Assembly: GCF_001194135.2 (NCBI RefSeq)
Contig: NC_068982.1
Span: forward strand, 154,816,409 to 154,857,319
Reading direction: 5' to 3'
DNA from: Octopus bimaculoides
Taxonomy: Eukaryota
Length of the DNA stretch: 40,911 bases
Shown: positions 21,576-34,992 of the stretch, piece after piece
Layout: each line of letters starts with the position of its first letter
How positions within the stretch are numbered: position 1 is the first letter of the stretch
Notes under the pieces: generated by a model
Told to the model about the DNA's origin: nothing
What the model saw: only the letters and a program-made list of their open reading frames with translations
Databases searched by the model: none
Translations under genes and position numbers: made by a program

Positions 21576-24253
21576 CACTCAACAGATTAGACTGTTGGAA
21601 AAGAAAAGAAACCTGACATCGGGTTACAACAAGTAGCCTTAGATGCCAAGAACCCTCCTATTGGATTACAGGAAATAACCTTAAATGCCAAAAACCCTCC
21701 TAAGTATCCTGGTTGTCCCTAATAACACTGTTTGCTACAGCTGTACTAAACTGGATTTCATGCCTTCTTCCTCTATCCATCTGTTCAGATCTGCAGGAAT
21801 AGTTCCCAATGCACCTATAATTACTAGGATACATTTTACCCGCACTTTCCATAGTCTCAGTAATTCAATAACTAGTTCCTGGTATTTTGCTATTTTTTTT
21901 ATACTTCTCATATTAATTGTTTCATTATTTGGGACTGTAAAGTCAATTATCCGGCACTTTCTATTCTCTGTATCTACTACTACCAAATCAAGCCTTCTAG
22001 CTTCTATTACTCTGTCAGTCTGAATCTTAAAGTCCCACAACCCTTGTATTTTTCTAGTATTTTACTATGTTCATGTTCATACCATTTTTCAGTATGTTCA
22101 AGTCCTAGCTTTCTACATAGTGCCCAGTGGATTGCTCTCCCTAAACTGTCATGTCTGTTCTTGTATTCTTTCTGTGCCAGCATGCTACATTCACTTACTA
22201 TATGAGTAAAGCTTTCCTCTTTTGATGGGTATAATCTACATCGGGAATCTACTTGGTTTTTGTCAATCTTGGCTTTTATCTCATTAGTCCTTAATGCTTG
22301 ATCTTGTGAAGCTACTAACAAACTGCAGCCATAACCACGTCTCACTACTACTATTTGCTGAAAATTTCCTTGGGAATCTACCATGAAACGCCTTCTGCCA
22401 GCCAGATAATTTCTGTTATTTTTTCTGGGTTTTAACTTCGTTTCGTGTTTTGGTTTCTCTGTTTTGCTGTGTGTGAATTTAACAGCTTTTAATAAACTTT
22501 CTTCACTATTATATCTACTCTAGCTAACTCCACACAGTCTTCTACTGATATTAACCCTCTTCCACTTTCCTTTCTAGGTAGGTATAATCTTGCTACTCCT
22601 GCCCTTGGGTGGAGTCCTCCGTTTATATTGAATTCTTTCCTAGTTCTTCTGTCTAGCTTTGCTAATTCCGTTTTTGTCCAATCTACAAAAGCTGCTGAGT
22701 ATCTAAGTAATGATACTGCCCAAGTATTTACAGCCTTCACTGGATTCGGACCATTTAGCTTTGATTTCATTAGTTTCCTCACCCTTCTAATGCACACCTT
22801 CTCAATATTCGTTTTCATTTCTGTAGTTAGTACCCTAATACTCCTAGATACTCATAACTCTCTCCTCCTTTCAATGATTTTAATGTCTGGCCATCTGGTA
22901 ATTGGATGCCTTCGCTGTCGATTACCTGTCCTCTTCTCATGACAAATATTGCACACTTATCTATGCCAAATTTCGTGCTTATATTTTTACTGAAGGTTCT
23001 TAAGTCTGTATTAAGGAAGCTATCTCTTTTTTCTTCTTACTAACAAGCTTCAGATCATCCATGTCGACAAATGGCTGATTTTTCCATTACTATTTCTGAA
23101 CTGATACCCTGCCTTTGCTTTCCTTAATACTAAACTGAAGACATAAGACAAATATTAAAGGAGACAACGAAGTCCCCTGGAAAATTCTTCTTTTGGTATC
23201 AACTTTCCCTAAGAGTGTTTTGCCTGAGTAGAGATCTACTTTCCATTTCTTCATGCTAAAGCTAATTAATTCTCTTGTATTGTCTGTTATACTGAATATA
23301 CTCAGGCATTCACTTATCCATGAGTGTGGGATCATGCCATAGGCTTTCCTATAATCTATCCATGCTATTGTTAGGTTTTTATTTCCAGCTTTTACTTCAT
23401 CTAGAAATGCTTTGTCTATATATAATAGATCATGCGTTCCTCTAGCCTTCTTCCTGCAACCTTTCTGTTCTTCTGGTAGTATATTCTTGGTTGTCAAGGT
23501 GCTCGCAAATGCTTTCTGAAGGCATTCCTGTTAACAGCTTCCAAACTAATGGTAAGCAAGTGATTGATCTATAGTTGCTAGCTGTATTACCCTTGCTCTT
23601 ATCTTTCATAATGAGTATTGTCCTCCCTCTAGTTATCCAGTCTAGCAATCCTCCATTTAGGCAATCCTGAAGTTGTCCCTTCAGCCTTCCATGTAAACTA
23701 CTGAATTTCTTTAGCCAGTACCCTTGAACTAAATCTGGTCCTGGGCCCTTACAATTCGGCATTTTCCCTAACACTTTACTCATTAATACACTAGTTAATC
23801 TTAGATTTGGCTGCTCACTTACTACTTCTTGCCTCGCTTTCTGTAATCATACTGCATCTTCATTATGATTGACTGGTTTATCCCAAACATTACTTAAGAA
23901 CTTTCGAGCTTCCTCTGCATTAGGTTTCTCATCTCCAGGACTTCATTCTCCACTATTTATATGGTAATAAAATCTCCTCTGGTCTGTCTCAAATAATCTA
24001 TTCTGTTGATACTGATCTATTCTTTTCTGATATCCGGAGTATTGTCCCAAATTGTCCTTTGACTAAGTATCTTTCCGCGAAGTAAGATTTGCACCTTGTG
24101 TTTACTAACTTGTTTGTTTGCCAGGCTTCTATTCTACCCAGATTTTGTCTTAATGTCTTCACTTTATTTTGTAGTCTCCTTTACCACATCTGCTCTTTTT
24201 TAAATCTTTCCTTGTGAGATATCTAATCTCTTAGTGACTCCTATCCCTCCTGC
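21575..24253 (-). mobile_element. Dong/R4-clade RLE non-LTR retrotransposon, copy 1 (5'-truncated, frameshifted RT-zinc knuckle-RLE)
   Basis: QNRLFETDQRRFY; KGPGPDLVQGYWLK; NYRSITCLP; EEQKGCR; WIDYRKAY; [10 protein letters not shown]; MDDLKL; LHPRAGVARLYLPRKESGRGL; QDQALRTN; CRLY..E..HIVSEC; LWDFKIQTD..RRLDLVVVD..KKIAKY..IGALGTIP. (TAA)n on both sides (21525-21574, 24254-24411). Confidence 0.92.
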
Positions 24254-24254
24254 A

Positions 24255-24411
<157 letters not shown>

Positions 24412-24621
24412 GCCTTTACATAGCTTCTAACGCTGGAGATGTACTGCGGTGTCAGCTGTTCACTACCAGTGAACTAAGGTAACACCTCTTATTTTTCGAG
24501 CACCTTCCGGAATATTCGGGCGGTTCCAAGCAGTGCTGTTTTCTGCAAGTGCTCCACCCTTATTGCAGTCCCTATTTGTTCCAGGTACTTCTCGAGATTT
24601 TTACTCACTGCGTACTTTTCG
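24412..24621 (-). mobile_element. Dong/R4-type RLE retrotransposon, copy 2 (3'-terminal ~210 bp)
   Basis: Collinear with the 3' end of copy 3; (TAA)n on both sides (24254-24411, 24622-24690). Confidence 0.85.
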
Positions 24622-24690
<69 letters not shown>

Positions 24691-25400
24691 GTCTTTGCAC
24701 AGTTTCTAACGCTGGAAATATACTACGGTGCCAGTTGTTCACTACCATTGAACTGAGGTAACACCCCTTACTTTTCGAGCACCATCCAGAGTATTCGAGC
24801 GGTTCCAAACAGTGCTGTTTCTGCAAGTACTCCACCCTTATTGCAGCCCCTATTTGTTCCATGTACTTCTTAAGACTTTTACTCACTGTTCCCAGAGCTA
24901 CGACAATTATTGGTATTACTATCATCTTTTTCATCGACCACAACTACTTAACCTCCCATGCTAACCTGTCATATCTATTGACTTTTCTTTCTTCCTTGTT
25001 GCATACCTTGTTATCAGCTGGGCGTGCTATATCTGTACTCCAGCATCATTTACTTTCTTTCTCAATTAACACTGTCTGGATCCTAATCTCTATGTCATGG
25101 TCGCACTGAATCATAAAATCCCGTAGGATCTTTGCATTATCATTTTCGATGATGCTTTCGGGTTTGTAGTCGTACAATTTTTGCTCTGTCAAGTTCATAC
25201 TTATTGCAAAGTGTCCAATGGACAAGCCTGGCTATATTGTCGTGGCGTCTCTTATATTCCTTCTGGGCTAGTGGCGTACATTGACTGGTAATATGCTATT
25301 CGGTTTCACCATTTTGTCCACAAATTCTGCACTTATCACTTTCTGATGTGTTGTCTATTCTGTATTTGATGTAATTTGTTCTTAATGCTTGGTCTTGGCT
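24691..25400 (-). mobile_element. Dong/R4-type RLE retrotransposon, copy 3 (zinc knuckle plus RLE, 5'-truncated)
   Basis: QDQALRTNYIKYRIDNTSESDKCRICGQNGETE*HITSQCTPLAQKEYKRRHDNIARLVHW...IVVALGTVSKSL; (TAA)n on both sides (24622-24690, 25402-25467). Confidence 0.9.
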
Positions 25401-25413
25401 TTTATTATTATTA

Positions 25414-25467
<54 letters not shown>

Positions 25468-25486
25468 GGATTATTAGGATTATCAA

Positions 25487-25655
25487 ATGCTTAACGTCAT
25501 TTGTTATGACTCTTACTTTCTGATTTCAAATGCTGCTAAGCTTTACTTTGCCGTTCATACTTTCGGGATCGATAAAATAAGTACCAGATCAAAGTCATTG
25601 TAATCAACTTGTCACCTCCTGATAAATTTCAGGCTGTGTACCAAAAACTACTAAT
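25487..25655 (+). mobile_element. SINE family B, decayed and 5'-truncated
   Basis: CTTTGCCGTTCATACTTTCGGGATCGATAAAATAAGTACCAG...AAATTTCAGGCTGTGTACC. Confidence 0.6.
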
Positions 25656-25744
25656 AATTATTGTTATGTAGTTATTATTAATAATTCCAGTGTTACATTA
25701 ACTAAACTATCTTTCCGTTGGACCATTGTGTAAGTGACTGATTA

Positions 25745-27456
25745 CACTATATAACAATAAAAAAAAAACGAACGGAAATGAGAATAACCCTTTTCTAGGG
25801 GTATTTTGTATATAGATCACGAATATAACATCCGTTTTTTTTTGGGGGGGGCCTCCAGTTTCCCCTAAATTACCATCTTACTTACGTTAAATACACTGAT
25901 GCTTCCTTAGGAATTGAGTGCAAATAGGATTGGGCCGAAATTGACAACTCTAAAAGTTATGAACAGATTTTGATATGATTTTAATGGAGTGTTTCTAAGG
26001 TAATTTTCAATCTAACCTACGAAAATTATAAAAGTACACTCAATATTTTTATAGTTATATGGGTCCAAATACGTGTTAAATCTAACAAGAAACTACCTCA
26101 TCATCCAACCTGAACTCAATGATCTGCTAAGCAATAGAGTGAAGTCCTAGCCTCACGTCTGCACAGTGGAACCTGTTGGATAAAGATGTTCGAATTACAG
26201 TATTTAGGAAGCGTTCTGCAGATTTACAGCAGTTCTTCGCTATTCAATGCCCTTGAGCTAACCTATGAACCAAATGAGTGGAGGTTATTCATAGATGCAT
26301 CCCTTTACAGCACAAAACTGGTTCTGTTGCACACTGGGAACACCATGCCTTCAGTTCCAATTGCTCATTCAGTCATTTTAAGAGAGACATATGAGAACCT
26401 CGCTTTTATTCTAGACTGCACAAGTTACAAAGAGCATGAGACGCTAATTTGTGCGGACTTGAAAATAGTAGCCCTATTTAAGAGGCAACAAACTAGATAC
26501 ACCAAGTTTATGTGCTTCCTTTGCACATGGGACAGTAGGGCCAGATCAGAACATTATGTACACTTAGAATGGCCACCTCGGGAAACTATGACGCCTGGAT
26601 GCTATAATGTAAATCATGAGCCACTAGTTAAGAAGAAAATCATTTTTCCACCACTGCATATAAAACTAGGCCTAATAAAGCAATTTACCAAAGCACTGCA
26701 ACATGTTTCCAGTACCTAAAGACGATCTTCCCAGAAATAAGTGATGCCAAGATTAAAGACGGCATCTTCGTAGGCCCTCAGAATCGCCAACTTATAGTTG
26801 ATGAGGACTTCGAGGCGACAATGGATGAAACTGAGCTAGCGGCCTGGCGTGCATTAAAAAATGTATGCAAAGGATTTCTGGAAAAGCAATAAGTGGCCCA
26901 GTGAGAGAGCATAGTGAAGAGCCTAATAAAGTACTAGCAAGATCTCGGATGCAATATGTCACCGAAGATACACTTTCTTCATACTCATCTGTCCTTCTTC
27001 CCAGAGAATGCCGGAGATGTGAGTGATGAACATGGAAAGAGGTTCTATCAAGATATAGCATCAATGGAAAACAGGTATAAGGGAAAATGAAGCCCAGCTA
27101 CGCTGGCTGATTTCTGCTAGAATCTGAAAGGTAACACACCTGAGACATCTTATAAACGAAGAGGTAAATACTAAAAGGTAGTTTAATACACTATATAATG
27201 CCGCCATGCTAATTCATTATATATTTACGAATTATTTACAATGGACATATCTGATTTGGTTTTGGGAGCAAAATAAATTTATGGTATCGTGGAAATTGGT
27301 ATAAATTACATAGTTATTAAGTCGGTAATTTACAAGAAAATGTGATGTGATGGTAAGTTTTTTGTTATAAAATTTGAATTTAGCACAATCAGCTTCATAA
27401 TAAAATGTTCATAAGAGCTATGTTTTTATTTTGACCCTGAAATTTGTTGTACAGTG
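25745..27456 (+). mobile_element. Chapaev3-like (CMC) DNA transposon, internally deleted, both ends present
   Basis: CAC...GTG termini; TIR CACTATATAACAA vs CACTGTACAACAA (11/13); TTA 3-bp TSD at 25742-4 and 27457-9; transposase relic EWRLFIDAS, ICADLK, CFLCTWDSR, PPLHIKLGL, IFVGPQ, KIHFLHTHL, DEHGKRFYQDI. Family name from recalled motifs. Confidence 0.8.
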
Positions 27457-27596
27457 TTATTTCACAGACACATACACCCTTAAAACAATCAATAATCAAA
27501 AGTTTCAGTCAGCTAAGCCATTGTCAGACGCTGACAAAGTAAGCCGAAACTTCGAAGTCACTGTCAACAATATTCGTACATACACATACACAACAT

Positions 27597-27661
<65 letters not shown>

Positions 27662-27883
27662 GGGCACACACATAGGTGAGCACATAAATGCAGAACAAGG
27701 TATGAAAAATAGTACTCGAATACCGAACGCAGAATAACATGCTTTTGTTGAAACTGCAAAATTATCACAAGACTTACTCAGAGTGTCACGTTCCCGTTCG
27801 TCAGACAGTTGTGATGAAAACTGAATTAAAATTGTGATAATATATGTAATATAGTGTGATATGTATGTATATTGTATCACACT

Positions 27884-28267
27884 GTGGAGGTGCAATGGCC
27901 CAGTGGTTAGGGCAGCGGACTCGCGGTCATAGGATCGTGGTTTCGATTCCCAGACCGGGCGTTGTGAGTGTTTATTGAGCGAAAACACCTAAAGCTCCAC
28001 GAGGCTCCGGCAGGGGGTGGTGGCGAACCCTGCTGTACTCCTTCACCACAACTTTCTCTTACTCTTACTTCCTGTTTCTGTTGTGCCTGTAATTCAAAGG
28101 GTCAGCCTTGTCACACTGTGTCACGCTGAATATCCCCGAGAACTACGTTAAGGGTACACGTGTCTGTGGAGTGCTCAGCCACTTGCACGTTAATTTCACG
28201 AGCAAGCAGTTCCGTTGATCGGATCAATTGGAACCCTCGACGTCGTAAGCGACGGAGTGCCAACAAC
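27884..28267 (+). mobile_element. SINE family C, full length with 9-bp TSD
   Basis: tRNA-like head GTGGAGGTGCAATGGCCCAGTGGTTAGG...GGTTTCGATTCCC; ends GGAGTGCCAACAAC; TATCACACT at 27875-27883 and 28271-28279. Confidence 0.92.
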
Positions 28268-28693
28268 ATATATCACACTATATTACGTGAACTATCACAA
28301 TTTTACTTCAGTTTTCATCAAAATTCTCCGACGAACGTGAACATGAAGCTCCGAATAACAGTCTTATGATAATTTTGCAGCTTTAATAAAAGTAAATATA
28401 TATACATACAAAAATACATACATACAAAAATACATACATACATACGAACACATACAGGCGCGCGTGCGCCCAGAGATACAGAATTTGTACTTGTGTATAT
28501 GCGATTTCGCTTAATTTCAGCTACGCCCCCCCCCCCGCTCCATTCCGTTCTTTTAACACACAACCATTGGAGAAGAACACATGTGGTGGAAACAGAAGTC
28601 AACCTTCCCGTTATAACAAGCTTAACTTGGAGATTATTTTACTGATAAACACAGAAAGAATTCACTTCAACTGTTTATTTATGNNNNNNNNNN

Positions 28694-28724
<31 letters not shown>

Positions 28725-29028
28725 ATATATATACGTATGTATGTATGTATGTATATGTATGTATGTACGTGTGTATGGAAGTATGTTTGTTTGTTTTGGT
28801 TGGTGTTTCTGCATAATCTTATCAGAATTGGTTTATTTCACTCAACCCACCTCATTTTCCGGTTCACCTTCTCATGCTTTCAACATTTAAAACCTATCGA
28901 AGAGAAGAATGGAGTGAACAGTTTAATAACAACGATTGCAACAACGACTCACCAAAAACAAGAATACTGCCAACAAGCGTATATGATGCGGCTGTTATTA
29001 TTGTAGGTGGGTGTATATAAATAGATGA

Positions 29029-29066
<38 letters not shown>

Positions 29067-29076
29067 NNNNNNNNNN

Positions 29077-29137
<61 letters not shown>

Positions 29138-30329
29138 CAAACAAGCACACACACACATATCGAGGTCTTTTGAAATTTTTTTTTTTGTTTTTGTCTTACG
29201 CTATTTCAATCAGAATAATTTCAATCAGAATAATTTTTTTTACCTATCATATGAAGCAATACGATACTAGAATATTAGAATTCGTTATCAAAGTGTTTTT
29301 TTTCTTTCTCCTCCTTGTCCGCCTTCTTTTTCTTCTTCCTCTCTTTCTCTCCTCCTCCTCCTCCTTTGCTTATTTATGCCCCTTCTCCCGCCTCTCTCTC
29401 TCTCTTTTCTGTATCTTTCTTTAATTTTCTTCTCATTTCCTTCGAGATCACTCAAAATTTATAGCCATTGAAGTAAGTACTGGTGCATGGAATTTATCAG
29501 ATTTTGTTTTAGGAAATACCAGACTCTTTAACAAGATTCTAAGGCCTTAAGCCACCAGTTAATTACTTGTTATCAGCAAACAAAAATGAAAAAAATATCA
29601 ACGGGCTTATAACGAGTAGGTTGAGCATGCTTTGGCTGCTGCTTTGGCTGCTGCTGCTGCTGCTGCTATCGTCGTAGTTACCGTCATCCTTGTCGTCGAC
29701 GTTCTTGTTTATTATCGTTGTTGATGTTGCCGTTTAAAAATTATGGTTTTCATAAATAACGTCAATACTACTTGCATTGTAGTTTCCCAAAAGCTAGATG
29801 AGTGGTGTCATGTAGAAAATGATTACTTGACATTGCTGACGCCACTACAAATTATTCTTGTTTAAGGAATACTCGTGTGTAATCATACTGTTTGCTACAA
29901 AATAATCTAGTTCTTAACTCTTTCTACTTCAATAAAATATTCATTTTTTTATGGCAAGAGAGTCTCTAATCGTTTTCGCACGCAGCTGAAAAAGTAAGCT
30001 GTTTTAATATGCGCCATAAAAAATGATGTCCATGACGCCAGAAGTATAAAAGTGATTAAAAGCCTATAAAAACGACTCTATAAAAATTGAACAGCTATAC
30101 AAAATAAAATACAATCTATAGAAATATTTTAATTATCTACTGAACACGGCTTCGTATCGGTGTCGTTGAGATATTTGAGGTATTCTTCAAGTCCATCTGC
30201 TCTAGCAGATAAAGTCGTTCAGTTAGAGTAAGCATAGTTAATTCAGTTGCCATCAAAAATATAAAGAAAAATATTTGATATGGTAAGGAAAAGACAGTAT
30301 TGGCTAATATTATCTTTTCCTCATCACAT

Positions 30330-30930
30330 AATTATATTCTGCCAACAAATATGCGCATTCTGTACAAGCAGTTTTGGTGGCATGTATTAAATTTCTTATT
30401 TCTACTGCAAACGGTCAGTGCCTCTAGCATACAAAAAACTTAGTAGGAAACAGCTTTGAAGGCCGTTAACTTGATTTAGAGATTAAGACCCAGACGTCCT
30501 TACCAAGTCTGGCAGAGATGATACTGGCTTTAGCAATTCTGCTGTTGGCTTCATCATCAATGACGATGATTCTTAAGAGAGTGTTGCCAAAGTATATAAA
30601 CAGTTAATAGTGTCTGATTCTTAACCACCATTCTAGGCGCCACACACTTCTTGTGAGGAACTGGTTTGTCTATGAGTTTTTCTTTATACTGAGAGCTAAA
30701 CCGAAGTAATCGCAAGCAGAGGATATGTTCATATACTACTACTTCGCAGATTCTGCATCTGCTTTGAGAGCAGAACCAAGCACAAACTGGAAGCCGTATT
30801 CATTATCTTCGCCACCTTGGTTTCTGTCCAGAATTCTCTCAGAAAGCAAAGTTTTTGGATCTTTGCTGTTTGGCTGCCACTTTTCAATTTCCTCAATTTT
30901 TTCCAATTGATTTCAAATTTGATGTATTCA
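30330..30930 (-). mobile_element. Highly decayed RTE-clade LINE, RT C-terminal half
   Basis: KLCFLREFWTETKV; FQFVLGSALKA at the FADD position; SACDYFGLALSIKK; FIYFGNTL..IDDEANSRIAKAS..RLGKDVW, matching the RTE/BovB consensus order. Confidence 0.7.
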
Positions 30931-31306
30931 TGTGGTTTTTGCATGCTAATTATTGACATGAAATTCATTTTCGCCATAAATTAATAAATAAACAGTTAAT
31001 AACTTCTAAAGTTTGCAAATTTTGGGTAATTCAACCAATCGAAAGCCACAGACATATTGGTGTCTGTTTCCAGAGTAACAAGTCAAGCGTTAGCACTCTC
31101 CTGTACAAAACCACGTGTGTTTACGAAAAGCGAAATTTGTTGTTTACACTTTCTTCGAACTGGACTACAGTTTGATTTCAAATGCATATTGAATGTTCAA
31201 AACTACAAAATATGTATTGTCTACTTATCTTTTGGTCATTTTTCGCTTAATAAATGCTTAAAACACGTGCTATTGTTGCAATGTTGGCATTATTGTTTCG
31301 TCGTCT

Positions 31307-31702
31307 AAGGCATCGAGCTGGCAGAATCGTTAAGCACGCCGGGCGAAATGCTTCGCGGTATTGCGTCCGCCGCTATGATCTGAGTTCAAACACCGCCTAG
31401 GTCGACTTTGCCTTTTATCCTTTTGGGGTCGATAAATTAGGTACCAGTAAAACATTGGGGTCGATGTAATCGATTATTCCCCCCCCCCCAAAAAAAAAAA
31501 TTTCAGGCCTTGTTTCTATAGTAGAAAGGATTATTGTTTCGTCGTCTCAGGCGACGAGCTGGCAGAATCGTTAACACGCCGGGCGAAATGCTTAACGATA
31601 TTCCGCCGAGGTCAATTTTGCCTTTCATCCTTTCGGGGTCTGCGTACTGGGGTCGATGTAATTGACTGGCTCTTTCCCCCAACATTTCAGGCCTTGTGCC
31701 TT
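31307..31702 (+). mobile_element. Two tandem SINE family B copies (31307-31535, 31548-31702)
   Basis: Family B head and core twice; the 18-bp direct repeat ATTATTGTTTCGTCGTCT precedes each copy. Confidence 0.9.
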
Positions 31703-31739
31703 GTCACTGGAAGAACACTTATAACCGCCTTGATTCGAC

Positions 31740-32060
31740 CCCTAGTAGAGATTTCAACTAGTAACATAATAGTCATTGATTGTAGAAAGCCAGTTATTGC
31801 CTTATTCATAAAGAGCAGTTGAAGATACTTGGAGATACTGCGAAAATGCTCTATCTTTCAGAAATCAGTTCCTTGTCAATCTCTCAATATTCGGCATCGG
31901 GAATAAGCCAGAATCATATGGGTCGTAAATAGCTCTCATGGCAACATAGAAAACTCTTGGACTTGTTACAGCCTGAATAAAATTGGTACTAATCTGCCTC
32001 TTCTACTCCACAGTATGTCCAGCCTCAACCGAAGCCTTGGCTACGAACTGCAATGAAAGC
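31740..32060 (-). mobile_element. Decayed RTE LINE endonuclease-RT linker fragment (probably the same element as 30330-30930)
   Basis: RVFYVAMRAIYDPYDSGLFP resembles the RTE linker FYDALKAVYGP..SG..P; order and strand fit. Confidence 0.5.
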
Positions 32061-32929
32061 AGCTCGCTGTATTAAGTATTAACATTTAGTTATTGTTTTT
32101 TCATGCGAATGATCTCTCTGGGTTATTAATCTCAGTGAGGTAATTATTGTTTATAGAGTAGTATTTGGCAAAATATCGACATGAAATATATTCAGAAAGT
32201 TTAAATGAAACACATCATACAAACTGCATAGTCTGTTGTAAGCGAGGTCACATTATTATAACTTAAGAAACTAATTAATATGTGATGGATACGTATTTAC
32301 TCATGCACTAGAGCAAGAAATAGGCTTGACCTTTGATAATCATCGATATTAATCAACAGGCAATCAGCTCTATTGATTTCTGAGTACAGAAGAAATTGAG
32401 TTGTGTGGTGCATGCTTTTCCTCGTGTGTTTTAGCTCTCTTTCTCTTTCCTACCGTCTGTCCCTTTTTTTCTCCCTTCACCCTCTTTCTTTTTTCTCTCT
32501 CTCTCTCCCTTCTCTCTATCCTTCTCTCTCTTCATGTAGCTAGCTTATCCATGAAATACAGGTTCTACTTAAACATTAGGTAGAGCACTAGTTCACATGA
32601 TATCAGGACATGGTCACACACCAATGGACCTTTGTGATACATGTCTATGGGCCAGCCTTCCTTCGAGTCCTGTATATTTTTGCCACGGAACCATTTGCAA
32701 TTTGACCCACAGCTGACTATTTTAATAAGTACTACCACCCCTGGCCAAGACGAACCTTGAAGTATTGGCGAACATGTGTTTTAGCAACGTGTCTTAACAG
32801 CGGGAATGAATTAGTCACCGTTGGGCACTGAATTCTCATATCAGTGTCAGTTCGCTTAAGGATTACTTCCTAAATTATGGTACACACCCACAAGTAATAT
32901 TACACATGCAGAAACAAAACGAAGACGCC

Positions 32930-33105
32930 TTAATATGGTCTGTAGACCTGCTGGAAATAGCAGCCGACTCCGTCTTAAAAATGGTATTAGATAATGCAGT
33001 TTTGGATACATCTGAAAGAAAGTGTAATGGTACTTTTGGATACGTATTATACATAGGTTTGCTTGATCAAGGTTGATATGGAACTTAAACAACAACAACA
33101 ACTGA
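32930..33105 (+). repeat. Dispersed repeat family D
   Basis: GACCTGCTGGAAATAGCAGCC...ATAGGTTTGCTTGATCAAGGTTGATATGGAACTTAAACAACAACAAC. Confidence 0.7.
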
Positions 33106-34992
33106 CAGCTGTAATTTTGAAAATGTTTTATAATTTGCAAAATTCATTATTTCGAAAGAGTATTTTAGTAATAGAACAATTGAGAATTCATTGCTCGACT
33201 AAAATATATCTCACTGCGCAGCACTTTGGACATGTGCTTTCTAGCATAGCTTTGGTTTGTTTAAAACGTCTGAATGTAATTTTGTAGTCGGAAAATGTGT
33301 GGAAATTTGTCAGAGGACTGCTCTTCATTTCCGATGATAGACCATCTAATCTAATGCCCGGTTTAACACAAACACCAGGGTTACACACTATTGCAGGCAT
33401 TCGGGTTAGGTCTTCGGCCCAATAATAACCACTTTTGTTTGTCTCACTACTTCTCAAGGTTCGGAAAAGTGTTATTTATGCTGCCCTGCTTGTTCTGACA
33501 AAGTAAAAGTAAAAAAAAGAAAAACAAAACAGATAGAAAGAAAGAAAAGCGTGGATTTGTAATTCATAATTTTCCGTCTTGTAACAGTATACATGAATAC
33601 ATGAATACTGGGTGGTGTTTGAATGCTAACTTGCTCTTGGAATAATTAACTAAACATGATTTCAGTAAGAGGCTACTCTATTCGGGCGGTACCAAGAAAT
33701 ATTCCATAGACCCAAGAGAAATATACTACAGAGATATACTATTGAAGTAAGTATAGATGATTTAGCAAAAGAGCTAGGTTCAGAAGAAATAATCACGAAG
33801 TTCCACAGAATGTTGCATTATGGAATTATAATAACTGCAACGAAGTGTCAATTACCAGTACCAAAATAAAATAAAATAAACAGTTATTTTGAAGTAGAAA
33901 GGCTATACAATTATTGCTTATTTCGATAAAGGTTTCATATATATATTTTTCAACATGTATTAGCTTGTTTTGTTGTTATTTTAATGGATATGTCAGAGAA
34001 GTGTAGCTCGCATGACCCTTTTCAGAATATCTGTATCTCATAATTGGAAAGGAGAGCGTTATATTCATAGATAAAGGCATGCAAGGTTATGCGGCGGTAT
34101 TACTTCCGCACAATTCACGTTGACCAAATTTCATCTATAGTTTGATGGAACCTAGGCTAGAGTGTCAGACACTTGCCAAGGTGAGACGCAGTAGGATTGA
34201 AACCAGAATCGTCATTAGTATAATAAGTTTGCACTAATAAAGCAGAGAAACCGGTTAATAGACTTGGTTGGTCAGAGGTTTACTTTTTCCTCAATGCTGA
34301 TGTCTATGGAAAAGCATAGATTTAAACAGTAATTTGCAACAGAAGCAGAGAAAAATTTAAAAAAATAAAATTTGCGAGAAAGATTCAAAACAGTAAAACA
34401 GAGAGAAAGTTAAATGGCAAATATTTCCTGTCAAATGAGGCGTAATACACAAGCAATGTCTAAATTTAAACTTGAAAATTGATGGCTTGCTAATCCTAAA
34501 ACAAATAGTTTCTTTACCCTTTGAATTCCACATGAGGAAACTTATGGCTATCTTATCTACAGAGTTGTTCCAACGTATTAGATTGAATACAAGTAAAACA
34601 TTATCAGTACTGGGATGTAGGACAGGAATCAAATCTTTCTTTGTCAAAATGAAGCTGGAATATAACAAATCAGATTTGGTTTCCAGAAGGGGTTACTGTT
34701 CTGTAAATTTATATTCTGTAGTTTCCACCACACATCATGTCAAATGCTAAAATCAACACCAACACCGCCAACAGCACTACCGCAACCACCATTATCACAA
34801 TTACTACCAACACCCAACAATTATTATAAACGTAACAACAATCAGCATCATCACAAGTGTTATCACCACAATCACCATAACCATCACAGACACAACTACC
34901 ATCAACATCATCATCAAACACAATACCACAGCCAAGACTACAACGATCACGCTGTTACCATCATCACCATCGCACAAGACTATTGTAACCAT

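Noticed and set aside
30740-30910. Protein-like minus frame EKIEEIEKWQPNSKDPKTLLSERILD...SAK* as a terminal exon
   Set aside because: No acceptor, and it is explained as a frameshifted RTE RT around the FADD motif.
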